Source: a virus
Taxonomy: Duplodnaviria; Caudoviricetes
DNA length: 44,025 bases
Direction: 5' to 3' (one strand)
Virus record (IMG/VR): IMGVR_UViG_3300025168_014046
Location: 1 to 44,025 of that record
Part shown: positions 1 through 10,323 of the stretch, piece after piece
Layout: each line of letters opens with the position of its first letter
Position numbering within the stretch: position 1 is the stretch's first letter
Notes under the pieces: model-generated
Databases searched by the model: none
What the model was told of the DNA's origin: nothing
What the model saw: the letters and a program-made list of their open reading frames with translations, nothing else
Made by a program: the position numbers and the translations under genes

Positions 1-110
1 CCGTAGAAATCATATGTGGCGGTCGATTTACGTACTGCTTCTCCAGCTAGTGCGAAACCTCCGCCTTCAGTTGTAAAAAAGTCGAAGGGAATGTAATCAT
101 TGATTGACAT
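1..110 (-). CDS. 5' part of a hypothetical protein running off the window (MSINDYIPFDFFTTEGGG...)
   Basis: ATG at 110 just after the stop of 112..417; purine-rich upstream; open to the window edge. Confidence 0.6.
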   Translation of the reverse strand, partial: MSINDYIPFDFFTTEGGGFALAGEAVRKSTATYDFY

Positions 111-111
111 A

Positions 112-417
112 TCAATTCTCTTCCCTTTGGGATTCTTCTTGGATCATATCGAATAAGTTTTCTCTGTCAGCCTCAGTTAACTGAAAATCAGAATCAACTT
201 TCTTCGACTGTATTGAAATAATTTTAACTAATTGTTCGTTTGAACGCTGCAGTGTTTCAATATGTTTAGCAGCTACAGGGCTAAGATATTTGTTTTGATC
301 GCTATCTGCAGAGATTAGGTTAGCTATCTCGTTGAGGAATTCTCTCGCAACCTGACGGTCATTGCGAATGTTACCAAGCGCTTCGGTCATTAAGGTTTCG
401 AGGTCATTCTTACTCAT
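112..417 (-). CDS. Hypothetical helical protein downstream of the sigma factor
   Basis: 101-aa ORF whose start overlaps the stop of the sigma-factor gene. Confidence 0.75.
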   Translation of the reverse strand: MSKNDLETLMTEALGNIRNDRQVAREFLNEIANLISADSDQNKYLSPVAAKHIETLQRSNEQLVKIISIQSKKVDSDFQLTEADRENLFDMIQEESQREEN

Positions 418-1127
418 ATCTTTCCATTTCTCCAGTTGGCACTAAAAGTGTAATACTTTGATTTAAATTTCTTCAATGAATTGACAACTTGTTTGGTATT
501 TAAGCCAGTCAATTCACGTAGGTATAAATAAATAGCCTTCTTATTAAAAATATCGATATCGTCTTTTGAGTCAAAAAGAACACAAATGGCTTTATAAACC
601 TTGAGATCGTTTTCCTTCATTAAAGATGTATCCCATGATTTCAATTCTTCATAGAATTTAATCCAGAATTCGTCTTTCTCTCTTTCTGATAGATATGATT
701 CTTCTGTTGACAGGTATTGCTCTTCATAATTTTTGGCAATATTATCAATATTAATTTCAGTTCTATTCTGCTTCTGCTGCTTTTTGACTTTGTGAATAAA
801 CCAGTTCTTTGTGATTACTGAGAAGTACGAGAAGGCTTTGGAGCCTTTATTAGGATCGTACTTATCTAGAATTGTCATGAGCCAAATTTTACATTCGTCT
901 CTAAGGACATCAATGTTTGGCAAATTGGTGAATTTGTAAGTAAAAACAATTTTGTCTACCATTTCATTGAAGGCAGGCTCAATCCAGTGAACGTACAAAT
1001 CAGTTCGCTCTCGGATACAGTTTGTTTGAGTGTATCTTACAATTGCATTTTCATGATCTTTTGTAAAGTAATGGTTTTTACGACGCTTGCGTCGGGTCTT
1101 CTTGGTCGGTTTCTGTTTTATCATCAT
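414..1127 (-). CDS. Phage RNA polymerase sigma factor, T4 gp55-like (late transcription)
   Basis: Basic N-terminus, NHYFT motif, region-2-like 'LDKYDPNKGSKAFSYFSVITKNWFI', C-terminal helix-turn-helix-like 'LYLRELTGLNTKQVVNSLKKF'. Confidence 0.75.
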   Translation of the reverse strand: MMIKQKPTKKTRRKRRKNHYFTKDHENAIVRYTQTNCIRERTDLYVHWIEPAFNEMVDKIVFTYKFTNLPNIDVLRDECKIWLMTILDKYDPNKGSKAFSYFSVITKNWFIHKVKKQQKQNRTEINIDNIAKNYEEQYLSTEESYLSEREKDEFWIKFYEELKSWDTSLMKENDLKVYKAICVLFDSKDDIDIFNKKAIYLYLRELTGLNTKQVVNSLKKFKSKYYTFSANWRNGKI

Positions 1128-1413
1128 CTTCTGTTATTATCCCGAAGATATATTCAAATGTATCCATTTGTTCGACAAAAGACTTTGAATGATCCATTAA
1201 TGACTTGAGGGTTTCATCTCCGTAAAACATTTCTAAATCATATACAGATTGTAAATGAGTTGTGAGTGATACGGACATTTCTCTTAAATCAAATAATTCT
1301 TCGGCGACACTTATCAATCTAACAATTGCTGCTCTGGCGTAAATGCCAATTGCGATATTACCCACAAGTGAGAATGTTAATATAATTGATAATGTTATTT
1401 CAAGGTTTGTCAT
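1078..1413 (-). CDS. Hypothetical protein with N-terminal transmembrane helix
   Basis: Hydrophobic residues ~6-26 followed by a helical region; in operon. Confidence 0.7.
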   Translation of the reverse strand: MTNLEITLSIILTFSLVGNIAIGIYARAAIVRLISVAEELFDLREMSVSLTTHLQSVYDLEMFYGDETLKSLMDHSKSFVEQMDTFEYIFGIITEDDDKTETDQEDPTQAS

Positions 1414-1672
1414 ATTGTTTTTTTGAATATTCTTCTTTTTGTTTGTTTAAGACTTCTCTGTTTTCTTCAATAAATTGTTTAGTTATTGTTCCTACATCAG
1501 AGTCTTTGCCGTTGGTATCTGATTTATTTTTTACGATTGTTGGCTTGTTAATAAGTTTTACTAACGTGTTCTTACCTTCGCACTTTTCACAGTCGATACG
1601 AGTATCACCATAGGCATGCATAAATGTACTGTATTCTTCACAATCTTCACATTTATACTTGTAAATTGGCAT
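1400..1672 (-). CDS. FmdB-family zinc-ribbon protein
   Basis: MPIYKYKCEDC...CEKCEG pattern typical of FmdB/CxxC_CxxC_SSSS proteins. Confidence 0.85.
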   Translation of the reverse strand: MPIYKYKCEDCEEYSTFMHAYGDTRIDCEKCEGKNTLVKLINKPTIVKNKSDTNGKDSDVGTITKQFIEENREVLNKQKEEYSKKQYDKP

Positions 1673-1878
1673 TAGCGTTCAGCCATTGCCTCTATGTCTT
1701 CTGCTGTAATCTCAGTATCGTCTGTAAAACGAACTGTTGGCGGATTAGTGATTACCAAACCGCCATCTGATTCTTGAAGTTCAAAACCCTTCAAAACTGG
1801 TACGATGTCGCTCTGGGACAACAAAGATTCTTGAAGCGCCATCATGATAGCGCCCATTGCTTGGCTAGAAAGTTGCAT
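1672..1878 (-). CDS. Hypothetical protein
   Basis: 68-aa ORF with AAGGAG SD; its stop overlaps the next start. Confidence 0.75.
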   Translation of the reverse strand: MQLSSQAMGAIMMALQESLLSQSDIVPVLKGFELQESDGGLVITNPPTVRFTDDTEITAEDIEAMAER

Positions 1879-1888
1879 TTCATCTCCT

Positions 1889-2110
1889 TTAAATTTCTAA
1901 CAGACGTTCAACGTCTTTTTCTAATAACTCTATTATATCATTAAATTTATTTCTGTATACCTTGGCAACAATAACAGGTTCATCATAGTAGATATTGTCT
2001 CTAATGATTGTTTCCAAATATACACCAATGCCGGTATCACGAATCATACCGGCATAGTCAGCGTACATTTCGTACCACTTAATTAATTCCCCTGGCTTTA
2101 TGGAACTCAC
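1889..2110 (-). CDS. Small SH3/KOW-like beta-barrel hypothetical protein
   Basis: IKPGELIKW...GIGVYL...AKVY pattern shared with other small ORFs in the window. Confidence 0.6.
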   Translation of the reverse strand: MSSIKPGELIKWYEMYADYAGMIRDTGIGVYLETIIRDNIYYDEPVIVAKVYRNKFNDIIELLEKDVERLLEI

Positions 2111-3096
2111 TTAACCAAGCTCTTCAAATCAGCGTCATACATCATTCGAGCTAACTCTTTGAATTTGATTTTTGGCTCCCAGCCGAGCTTTTCCTTTGCC
2201 TTGGTGGCGTCCCCAAGCAATAGTGGTACCTCATGAGGGCGGAACAACCGTGGGTCAATCTCAACGTATTCTTCGACACTTAAACCAGCATATTCGAACA
2301 CTTCCTCAAGGAATTCTTTTACGGTGTGTGTTTCACCGGTGGCGACAACATAATCGTCAGGTACCTCTTGTTGCAGCATCAGCCACATAACCTCAACGTA
2401 GTCGCCGGCAAAACCCCAATCTCGTTTTGCATCTAAGTTTCCAAGATATAACTTATCCTGTAATCCCATTTTAATTCTAGCTGCTGCTTGGGTGATCTTT
2501 CGAGTTACAAATGTCTCTCCCCTTCTGGGTGATTCATGATTGAAAAGAATACCACTGGAGATATGCATGCCATAAGACTCTCTGTAGTTTCTACAAAGAT
2601 TGTGAGCGAAGACTTTGGAGCAAGCGTAAGGACTAGCCGGCATCAATCTGGTTTTTTCGCTCTGCGGGTTTTCTGGGTTGTCACCGAACATTTCAGATGA
2701 GGAAGCTTGGTAAATCTTTGCTTCAGGGCAAATGTTCCTGGCAGCTTCTAACAATTTAAGAGTACCCATACCAACAATCTCTGCTGTTTCTTCAGGAGTA
2801 TCAAAAGATACTTTTACGTGTGATTGCGCCGCTAGGTTATAGATTTCATCGGGTTTAAACTCCATCAATATACGATGCATATTGCCAGAATCAATCATGT
2901 TGCCGTATGCTAATGTAAAGTTTTCTAGCAAATCATAATTTTGAAAAACGTGATCGATTCTGTCTGTATTAATCAAAGAGGTTCGCCTCTTTAGGGCCAC
3001 TACTTTATATCCCTTGGATAATAAAAGGTCCACAAGATATGAACCGTCTTGTCCGGTGGCGCCAGTTACTAATGCTGTTTTTTGTGTTTCATTCAT
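2107..3096 (-). CDS. gmd: GDP-mannose 4,6-dehydratase
   Basis: [70 protein letters not shown]. Confidence 0.97.
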   Translation of the reverse strand: MNETQKTALVTGATGQDGSYLVDLLLSKGYKVVALKRRTSLINTDRIDHVFQNYDLLENFTLAYGNMIDSGNMHRILMEFKPDEIYNLAAQSHVKVSFDTPEETAEIVGMGTLKLLEAARNICPEAKIYQASSSEMFGDNPENPQSEKTRLMPASPYACSKVFAHNLCRNYRESYGMHISSGILFNHESPRRGETFVTRKITQAAARIKMGLQDKLYLGNLDAKRDWGFAGDYVEVMWLMLQQEVPDDYVVATGETHTVKEFLEEVFEYAGLSVEEYVEIDPRLFRPHEVPLLLGDATKAKEKLGWEPKIKFKELARMMYDADLKSLVK

Positions 3097-3991
3097 TTAA
3101 ATTCTCCAAATACCATTTATATGTTTCATGTACCCCATCTTTAAATTTAGTAAAATCATATGGGCCAATAGTCTGAAAGAGCTGAGAGTTGTTTCCGTCT
3201 TTTCTGAATTGTCCATCAAGTTTTCCATTAAAAGATATGCTTACTTTCTTTTCTGATTTATCAACGAGGGTTTTAGCCATATCTAAAATTGATAAGTTCT
3301 CGTTTGGGGCAACAATCAGAGGAATCTCTGAGTTGTGTTTAGCAAGCAATATTGGTATTATATCACATAAATCATCTACGTATAGCTGTTGTCTCAAAGG
3401 TAATCCACTTCCCCACAAATTTATTTCATCTTTGTCTTTGGCGGTGGCAACTTTATGAATCAATGCTGCTACAAAATGAGATGACTCTTTGTTGAAGTGG
3501 TCCTCGGGTCCATATATATTAGACGGACAAAACGTAGAATAATTTCTATTATATTGTTTACGGTATGCCACACTAGCAACGTGGAGCATTCGCTTTGTCA
3601 TTCCATAGGAAAAATTAGTTTTTGTTGGTGGGCCACCAAAAAAGTCTTCCTCTGTGTATGGGAAACATTCTATAGTATCAGGGAAGGCACATGTACTAAG
3701 GGATGACAGAATCCTCTCTACACCAGCTAAATGAGCTTGATGAATGATATTTGTATTCATCAGAGTATTCAAATAATAAAAATCTGCTTGATTTTCAACA
3801 TTGTCTTTGATACCACCAACTCTTGCTGCAAGGTGTAAGATTGCATCGGGCTTAACATCTTGTATCATGTCCCTAACCATAGTAGGGTTTGTCAGGTTGC
3901 ATTCCCTGGAAGACATGTATAGCCAGTCTGGTTGTGTTCTTTTCAGGCGTTTTCCAACAAATCCTGTTCCGCCGGTAACTAATACTTTCAA
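3089..3991 (-). CDS. fcl: GDP-L-fucose synthase-family epimerase/reductase
   Basis: [28 protein letters not shown] (YxxxK), PSNIYGP, WGSG; adjacent to gmd. Confidence 0.88.
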   Translation of the reverse strand: MKVLVTGGTGFVGKRLKRTQPDWLYMSSRECNLTNPTMVRDMIQDVKPDAILHLAARVGGIKDNVENQADFYYLNTLMNTNIIHQAHLAGVERILSSLSTCAFPDTIECFPYTEEDFFGGPPTKTNFSYGMTKRMLHVASVAYRKQYNRNYSTFCPSNIYGPEDHFNKESSHFVAALIHKVATAKDKDEINLWGSGLPLRQQLYVDDLCDIIPILLAKHNSEIPLIVAPNENLSILDMAKTLVDKSEKKVSISFNGKLDGQFRKDGNNSQLFQTIGPYDFTKFKDGVHETYKWYLENLNE

Positions 3992-4782
3992 TCTCTCTTA
4001 CCTTTTAAAAATTCTTCGTACGGAATGTAGTGATAATATTCATTTAAATTTGAGTTTTCGGTGCAAGAGTATACTCTCATGTGTGGCATGTGTTCTTTGA
4101 GTTGTACTGCCGCAAGAGACCAGAGTGCAATAACCCAACTTTCATTTGGTTTTCCAAACCTCATATTTTTGCCAAAGTAATCATCTCTAAAATGATTCAT
4201 ATCATAATCAGCATGAGAAACGTACTCATTACCAAGCTTGGTTATGTATTTGTTGGATTCCTCATTGTCTGCATAGCGAGCATCACATCCGACAAACGCT
4301 ATTTCGTTGTAACCAAGGGCTTTTAAAATCTTTAAGCCCATTATGCCACCATTAGAATCATGAAAAGTTTTAATTTCTCTTTTGTTGGTATCAATCACTG
4401 TGCCTTCATTATATAAATTAGCCACGGGTGGATCTTCCTCGTCTGAATTAATCAAGGAGTATACTTTTTTACTGCCTACAAACAAGTTCTCAACCTTGTC
4501 TCCATCTTGAAATGACTCAGGCGTATGGTCTAAATTATCTTTTATCTCAGGAAGAAAGAACGCCTTCGTATTACTGTTGAGAATCAAGTTGTTAATATCT
4601 TTGTACGTTGCGCGCAAGTCATTAGCGTCAATACAGAGATAGTACGTTGGATCAAAACCCCAGTCCTCATAAGCAACATAAGCACGGTTAAAAGTGATTG
4701 TGTGTTTATTCTTTAATTTTGAAACATCTATGTTTTTTAATGAGGGGCCTGTTCCAATAATCCAAGCAGTTCTTCTCTTCAC
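3988..4782 (-). CDS. Maf/DUF115-like (CMP-sugar-type) glycosyltransferase
   Basis: WIIGTGPSL...ITFNRAY...FDPTYYLCID...LGYNEIAFVGCD motifs shared by Maf/DUF115 and Cst-like transferases. Confidence 0.7.
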   Translation of the reverse strand: MKRRTAWIIGTGPSLKNIDVSKLKNKHTITFNRAYVAYEDWGFDPTYYLCIDANDLRATYKDINNLILNSNTKAFFLPEIKDNLDHTPESFQDGDKVENLFVGSKKVYSLINSDEEDPPVANLYNEGTVIDTNKREIKTFHDSNGGIMGLKILKALGYNEIAFVGCDARYADNEESNKYITKLGNEYVSHADYDMNHFRDDYFGKNMRFGKPNESWVIALWSLAAVQLKEHMPHMRVYSCTENSNLNEYYHYIPYEEFLKGKRD

Positions 4783-5388
4783 CTACAGTGGCTCCCATGA
4801 TTCATCCGATGATTTTCTAAGAGGTGAGTCGGCTAAGCGTGTCTTTTCTTGTCTAATTGACGGACAATGATTACCCGTCCTGTGAATAAGATCGTAAAAA
4901 ATCATGAGTATCGAGACTTCTACAGTATGGAAGTACTGGCACTCTATGGCTAACTCGTCAATGTTGTCATTCAGAGCTTCAGACTTGGCGCCACTAATCA
5001 AGAATGTGGAGAACCCCTTTTCTTCGCCCCAATGTAAGCAATCTACTACATTTCCTGAGTTACCAGAGCAGGACAGGCCTATGATTAAACACTCGGCTGG
5101 GTCTTCTACGGAGGCGATTGTCTCCAGCCAACGGATAAAGATTTGGTTATATCCATGATCGTTCGCATTCGATGTAATAAATCCTACACTGTCGAATGAA
5201 TAAACCGCTTTCTCGGGAATCAAGCGGGACAAATCGGTTGCCATATGACTAGCAACATAGTGGAGACCACCGTTGCCAATTAAAAATATCTTCTTGGCGG
5301 TGTTAACTTTATTAACTAACGTCGTGTATTCAGCGCTATCGGCCGCGTTGTTGCATTTTTCTTCTATGTTCTCAAAATCGATTAACAT
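4783..5388 (-). CDS. SIS-domain sugar-phosphate isomerase, GmhA-like (divergent)
   Basis: IFLIGNGG, TSNANDHGY, LSCSGNSGNV; the C-terminal QExH...H metal motif of GmhA is not conserved. Confidence 0.8.
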   Translation of the reverse strand: MLIDFENIEEKCNNAADSAEYTTLVNKVNTAKKIFLIGNGGLHYVASHMATDLSRLIPEKAVYSFDSVGFITSNANDHGYNQIFIRWLETIASVEDPAECLIIGLSCSGNSGNVVDCLHWGEEKGFSTFLISGAKSEALNDNIDELAIECQYFHTVEVSILMIFYDLIHRTGNHCPSIRQEKTRLADSPLRKSSDESWEPL

Positions 5389-6554
5389 TATTTTATTGTT
5401 CCTTTTAAAATTTCTAGCGCTCTGTCTGTTTCTTCATCATTTAGATTTAGATTTGGTCTTAATCTTATTGATTTTACACCTGTTTTGTTGCAGATGAGGC
5501 CATTTTTGTATAATTGTTTTACTAATATATCACGTTTTTTGGTATCTGACAAATCAAACCCAATAATTAAGCCACAATTTCTTAAGTTGAAGATGGATTC
5601 CATACTTGACAGCCCCTTAATTAGACTGCTGGCTTGTTTGTTTACATTGTCTAAGATATTATATTCCTGGTACGCTTTCATGACATATTTACACCTTACC
5701 ATATCAGCTACATCACCATCCCAAGTAACTTCTAACCTGATGCTGTTCTTTGGATTAAATATCTCTCCATATTTCTCGCGAGCCATGATACCAGACAATT
5801 GTGTCTTCTTTCCAAAGACAACAATATCGGGTGCCAGGTCAAGGTGTTGAAAGTACCATAATTTCCCCGTACCACCAAAGCCAATTTGAATTTCGTCAAA
5901 CACTAAAGGAACGTCATATACGTTACAAAGGGTTCGCAAACCATTGAAAAACTGGTTGTCATGGTGTATATCACCGGCACTACATTGAATTGGTTCGACT
6001 AACACACAAGTTATTTTGCCGGTTTGCATCTCTTCTTCAACTTTCTCTAGATCGCACGCAATCTTTCTAGAGAATACAGATGGATAGCCATCCAAGCGTG
6101 CGTCTGCGCCAGGAAACCGAGAAGTTACAAACCCCCCATAGCTGTTAATACCATGAAAACTATTGTCAAAAGACAGTATCAATGGGGACGTGTGGCGTTT
6201 ATAATCTATACATGTTTTGATTGCCGCTTCTACAGCCAATGCACCAGTACAAGAATAGTGAAAATGCTCGAACAAACCGACACCAGCATAGTTTTTGAAA
6301 GTTCTATCAAACTCCAGTGTCTCATCGGAAGTAAACTCACAGTTGTTTATCTTGAAACTTGATACACGCAAGTATTCTTCAATGAACTCATTTGATTTAA
6401 AGATTGGATGGTTATACCCAAGTGGTAATGACGCATACATTCCAAAGAAATCTAAGAGTTCTCTATTTGTATTCTTATCAAACAGATAGGAATCATGACT
6501 TTTTGAAAAGTCAACCTTGATATCAAATTTACTACTGCGGGCTATATTTCTCAT
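5388..6554 (-). CDS. Class III PLP aminotransferase (L-lysine 6-transaminase-like)
   Basis: LDFFGMYASLPLGYNHP, TGALAVEAAIK, SFHG, EPIQ, FDEIQIGFGGTG, PDIVVFGKK. Confidence 0.9.
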   Translation of the reverse strand: MRNIARSSKFDIKVDFSKSHDSYLFDKNTNRELLDFFGMYASLPLGYNHPIFKSNEFIEEYLRVSSFKINNCEFTSDETLEFDRTFKNYAGVGLFEHFHYSCTGALAVEAAIKTCIDYKRHTSPLILSFDNSFHGINSYGGFVTSRFPGADARLDGYPSVFSRKIACDLEKVEEEMQTGKITCVLVEPIQCSAGDIHHDNQFFNGLRTLCNVYDVPLVFDEIQIGFGGTGKLWYFQHLDLAPDIVVFGKKTQLSGIMAREKYGEIFNPKNSIRLEVTWDGDVADMVRCKYVMKAYQEYNILDNVNKQASSLIKGLSSMESIFNLRNCGLIIGFDLSDTKKRDILVKQLYKNGLICNKTGVKSIRLRPNLNLNDEETDRALEILKGTIK

Positions 6555-7612
6555 TTCTTAAAATACTCTCTTATTATATTTTTAACACTGTCAACATCAT
6601 CTACAACGGTGGTTTTCATGTTTCCAATACCATATGGTAATATACAAACTAAGGAGTTGTCAATGTTTTTCTTATCTTTCGACAAGAAACCAAAGTACTC
6701 TTCAAGTTCATCTTCTTCCAAACAGTACTCTGGTATGTTTTTTCTTATTAATTGAAACAGAAGATCATATGTTTCACGGTCTATATATCCCTTTTGGAGA
6801 GATATGTAATTGGCGATATCCATTCCCAATGTAACAGCGTTACCATGACTTACTTTATATCTACTGACAGCTTCGATGGCGTGACCGAAGGTGTGTCCGT
6901 AGTTAAATATCTTTCTCTCACCTTCATCGAACTCATCCTTTTCAATCATTCTTTTTTTAATTGATAGGCTTTCTCTGATAAATCTCTCACACTGTGTTGC
7001 AGGATCTTTTACAACCAACTCATAGGACTCTGCAAGATCCTCTGATAAGGCGCTGTTGTCTGTCAGATAATAATGAAACATCTCGCCGATGCCGGATTTG
7101 ATGTCGTCTTCTTGCAAGGTTTTTAAAAATTCAGGACAGCAATAAATTTCCGCCGGCGGATAGAAGGTGCCTAATAAGTTCTTTGTTTCCCCCAAATTAA
7201 TGGATGTCTTACTTCCTATACAACTGTCTGCTTGCGCTAAAAGGGTTGTAGGGAAGAATCTCCACTCAACACCGCGGTACAATACCGACGCAGTGAAGGC
7301 AGTGATGTCTTGGACTATCCCCCCTCCTACAGCAACCAATCTATGATTTCTTTTAAACCCTATGGATACAAGTTCATTAACAAGAGCAGTACAAGTATCT
7401 AAATTTTTATTCTGTTCCTTGGCTTCAATAACAAATATATTACGTTCATCAAATTTAGAACGAAACAAGGGAAAATGTTTGTCTACGTTTGAATCAATTA
7501 CCAAAAAAGACTTTTCTTTAATGTTGTCAACTAGCTCTTCAGACAGTTGTTGGAACATTACCTTATATTTTCTTCTATAAGATTGTATCTCCAGGGTTTC
7601 GATATCATACAT
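6551..7612 (-). CDS. 3-dehydroquinate synthase (AroB)-related sugar-phosphate cyclase/phospholyase
   Basis: GGGIVQD, PTTLLAQADSCIGSKT, KNLLGTFYPP, FNYGHTFGHAIE, SHGNAV; GEMFHY replaces the usual AEVIKY. Confidence 0.88.
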   Translation of the reverse strand: MYDIETLEIQSYRRKYKVMFQQLSEELVDNIKEKSFLVIDSNVDKHFPLFRSKFDERNIFVIEAKEQNKNLDTCTALVNELVSIGFKRNHRLVAVGGGIVQDITAFTASVLYRGVEWRFFPTTLLAQADSCIGSKTSINLGETKNLLGTFYPPAEIYCCPEFLKTLQEDDIKSGIGEMFHYYLTDNSALSEDLAESYELVVKDPATQCERFIRESLSIKKRMIEKDEFDEGERKIFNYGHTFGHAIEAVSRYKVSHGNAVTLGMDIANYISLQKGYIDRETYDLLFQLIRKNIPEYCLEEDELEEYFGFLSKDKKNIDNSLVCILPYGIGNMKTTVVDDVDSVKNIIREYFKK

Positions 7613-8321
7613 TTACAAAACCACCATCAACAATTATGTTTTGTCCCGAGATATAGGTATTCAAGTCGCTTGCTACAAATAAAACTGTTTTAGATATTTC
7701 ACTTGGCTCAGCCATTCTTCCCATCGGGATATCATTTGCTATCTCTTTCATCTTATCAGGGCCCAAAACCTGCCGAGTTAACTCAGTAAGAGTAAATCCA
7801 GGTGAAACCGTATTAACTAGGACGTTAAATGCCGCTAATTCGGCCGCTGAGGCCAGTGTAAGGCCTCGTAAACCAAACTTACTGGTAGAGTAGCAAGCGC
7901 GCTTAGCAATGCTAATAGAGCCCCATATAGAAGATATATTCACTATCTTACCTGTTTGTTGTTTAATCATGTTTTTGGCTACTGCTTGTTGAACCAAAAA
8001 GGGAGTAGTTAAGTTTACTTTCATAATACTCTCCCAGTCTTTGCGCTCAACATCACAAAACGAATCAATCTTATTTATGCCAGCATTATTTACGCAAACA
8101 TCGTATGTGCGACTTGAAATCTTTTCAATGAATTCGGTTGTCTGGTTATCATCCATAAAGTCAACCTGTATGTACTCTACGCCTGCAAAATCAACTTCAG
8201 GGCCGCGGCCAGTGATAGTAACATCAGCGTCAAGGGCTAGCATGTCTTCAGCAATTTGTCTGCCAATACCTCTGGTACCACCGGTGACAAGCACTCTTTT
8301 ATCTTTAAAATCAATCTTCAT
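7605..8321 (-). CDS. SDR-family NAD(P)-dependent oxidoreductase
   Basis: TGGTRGIG, NNAG, NISS, YSTSK, VSPGF; likely start ATG 8321 overlapping the upstream gene. Confidence 0.92.
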   Translation of the reverse strand: MKIDFKDKRVLVTGGTRGIGRQIAEDMLALDADVTITGRGPEVDFAGVEYIQVDFMDDNQTTEFIEKISSRTYDVCVNNAGINKIDSFCDVERKDWESIMKVNLTTPFLVQQAVAKNMIKQQTGKIVNISSIWGSISIAKRACYSTSKFGLRGLTLASAAELAAFNVLVNTVSPGFTLTELTRQVLGPDKMKEIANDIPMGRMAEPSEISKTVLFVASDLNTYISGQNIIVDGGFVNV

Positions 8322-9447
8322 TCGTATATTCGCCGTCAGGATACACATGCGCGACATCTTCTCTACTGACTGCAAGTCGGATGGCGGGTTTATCTCCAGT
8401 GGCTTCAATTCTATGGATTATTCCCTTCTGAATAAACACAACATCGTCTTTTTTAATTAATTTCTTTTCGCCTGCAATTTCCCAGATCCACTCGCCATCA
8501 ATAATAAACCACCACTCATTCCAATCTGGATGGTAGTGGCGTCTATTTCCTTGACCGGGTTGCTGATGGATGATGGTGGCACTGTTATTTTCAGTGTTGA
8601 CTACTCTGTGGCTCCAAGATGTGGTGCTATCAAAGGATGCTCTGATATCGTTGACGCTGACAATTTCTTTGTTTGCATCATGCAGGTTGTTATTCATGAC
8701 ACCATCTTTTGCTAAAATTGATGGGACATCTACCTCTGAATGTTCTTCTCCATAATATTGTGGAGCATAATGCTCTGAGGCTAAAGAACGAGCGACCACT
8801 TCTGCTAATTGAAAGTCTTCTTCATTGTCAACATCCACGATAGCAAAACCATCGAGAACATAAAAACCAATGTTTCCATCACCGCCATGGTACCCGCATC
8901 CATACTGCTCCATATTTTTCATGTAGTTGATTGTTCTCCAGCCCATCAGGCCACAAGCATAAGGTTGGATCGGGGTTAATTCTTGCGAGGGTGGCGACAG
9001 TTTCTTCTGATCGAAGTTAATTGGGTTGCCGTCATATACACATTCAATTTGCTGGTTAGTCACAGATATAAGTGTATCTAAATTATCATCAATCATCTTG
9101 TTGGTGAAACTTTCGATGTCGTCTTTTGACACAAAAGGAGAAGTTGGTAACAACTGAATCATTACATCGCATTCAACGTTACTCATGAAATCAGCCGTGA
9201 ATTCATCGTTTGTGGCACTGTTGGTAGACAGTCGCTCAGGTCTCTTGTAGAATTTGACGCCTTCTTCAACCGCGATCTTGCCAAGCAAATCAGATTCAGA
9301 GTTAACATAAATTTCATCGAAGCAGTTTGCCGCTTTGGCTGCTCTGATAATGTAGCTTATCATCGGAACGCCGTTTAACAGTCGTATGTTCTTTTTGGGG
9401 ATCCTGGTACTTCCCATACGAGCGGGAATCATTGCTACTGTTTTCAT
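8311..9447 (-). CDS. Acylneuraminate/Kdo-type cytidylyltransferase fused to a C-terminal cupin
   Basis: IPARMGSTRIPKKN, LLPTSPF, VDVDNEEDF; cupin HYHPDWNEWW...GIIHRI. Confidence 0.9.
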   Translation of the reverse strand: MKTVAMIPARMGSTRIPKKNIRLLNGVPMISYIIRAAKAANCFDEIYVNSESDLLGKIAVEEGVKFYKRPERLSTNSATNDEFTADFMSNVECDVMIQLLPTSPFVSKDDIESFTNKMIDDNLDTLISVTNQQIECVYDGNPINFDQKKLSPPSQELTPIQPYACGLMGWRTINYMKNMEQYGCGYHGGDGNIGFYVLDGFAIVDVDNEEDFQLAEVVARSLASEHYAPQYYGEEHSEVDVPSILAKDGVMNNNLHDANKEIVSVNDIRASFDSTTSWSHRVVNTENNSATIIHQQPGQGNRRHYHPDWNEWWFIIDGEWIWEIAGEKKLIKKDDVVFIQKGIIHRIEATGDKPAIRLAVSREDVAHVYPDGEYTNED

Positions 9448-10319
9448 TTGTTTTTTGCCTTATTGATTGTGTTTTTAAAGTTTTCTTCAAGATATTCATC
9501 TAAAGTAAGCTTTGTGCCATAGTGAAAATATATCATCTTATGAAAATATTCTATTTGTGGAACTTGTTGGTGGATATCTATTCTTAAATCAGAAAAATTA
9601 GGTATTTTGTGAGAGGACTCTTTAAAATTGCCATTTTTTATAGCCTCATTATGGTAGTTGTTATAATATACTTCTCCGAAATTATTCATATTAAAGAATG
9701 TCATTCCGGTTACATATATTTCTTCTACATCATAATTTAATATATCAATGACCCCCATCAAGCCTGTGTTACAAGTGGTGCCTACCTCATTGAATACCTT
9801 AAACAAATAACCATCGCTGATATTGTGCCATGGGGTACCTATCTCGTTCAAGAAGTCATCAACTCTTTGTATGTCCCACATTGAGACCATGGGACACACA
9901 ATATATTTTAAAGAACGTGCATAATCCATGTTTTGACGAAGGGCCCCAATTTTATTCACATTGAGACAGTTCATCAAAATGTCGGTTCTTTTGCCGTAGT
10001 CTTCCCAATCCTCTTCTGGCATATCATATGCCTGATTAACCCTAGCCACTAGGTCATAGGAATCTATGTGGGCGCCCATTTTCATGCCTCTTAGATGAGG
10101 CGAGGGGCAAACGTAGGCTACTCTCTTGCCCTTTACAAGCTTTGCAAACTCTTCGTCTTTTACATAATCTTTGTATTCGTTAACAAACGGGCCGCGAGTG
10201 CCTAGGTTTTGTAACTGTCTCAGCGGTGTTGGTGTAGAAGATTGCCAACGCGGTGCATCTTTGGAAAGTGGTATTCCAATGATGTTTCTTTTTAAATCTT
10301 TGTACCATTTGTCAGACAT
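9444..10319 (-). CDS. GT29-like (sialyltransferase-like) glycosyltransferase
   Basis: Sialylmotif-L-like KRVAYVCPSPHL...GAHIDSYDLVARVN...DYGKRTD and S-like NTGLMGV...EIYVTGMTF. Confidence 0.7.
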   Translation of the reverse strand: MSDKWYKDLKRNIIGIPLSKDAPRWQSSTPTPLRQLQNLGTRGPFVNEYKDYVKDEEFAKLVKGKRVAYVCPSPHLRGMKMGAHIDSYDLVARVNQAYDMPEEDWEDYGKRTDILMNCLNVNKIGALRQNMDYARSLKYIVCPMVSMWDIQRVDDFLNEIGTPWHNISDGYLFKVFNEVGTTCNTGLMGVIDILNYDVEEIYVTGMTFFNMNNFGEVYYNNYHNEAIKNGNFKESSHKIPNFSDLRIDIHQQVPQIEYFHKMIYFHYGTKLTLDEYLEENFKNTINKAKNK

Positions 10320-10323
10320 TGTA

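Noticed and set aside
6551-7612. Annotation as housekeeping aroB (shikimate pathway)
   Set aside because: No other aro genes, sugar-nucleotide context and altered active-site motifs; gene symbol withheld.
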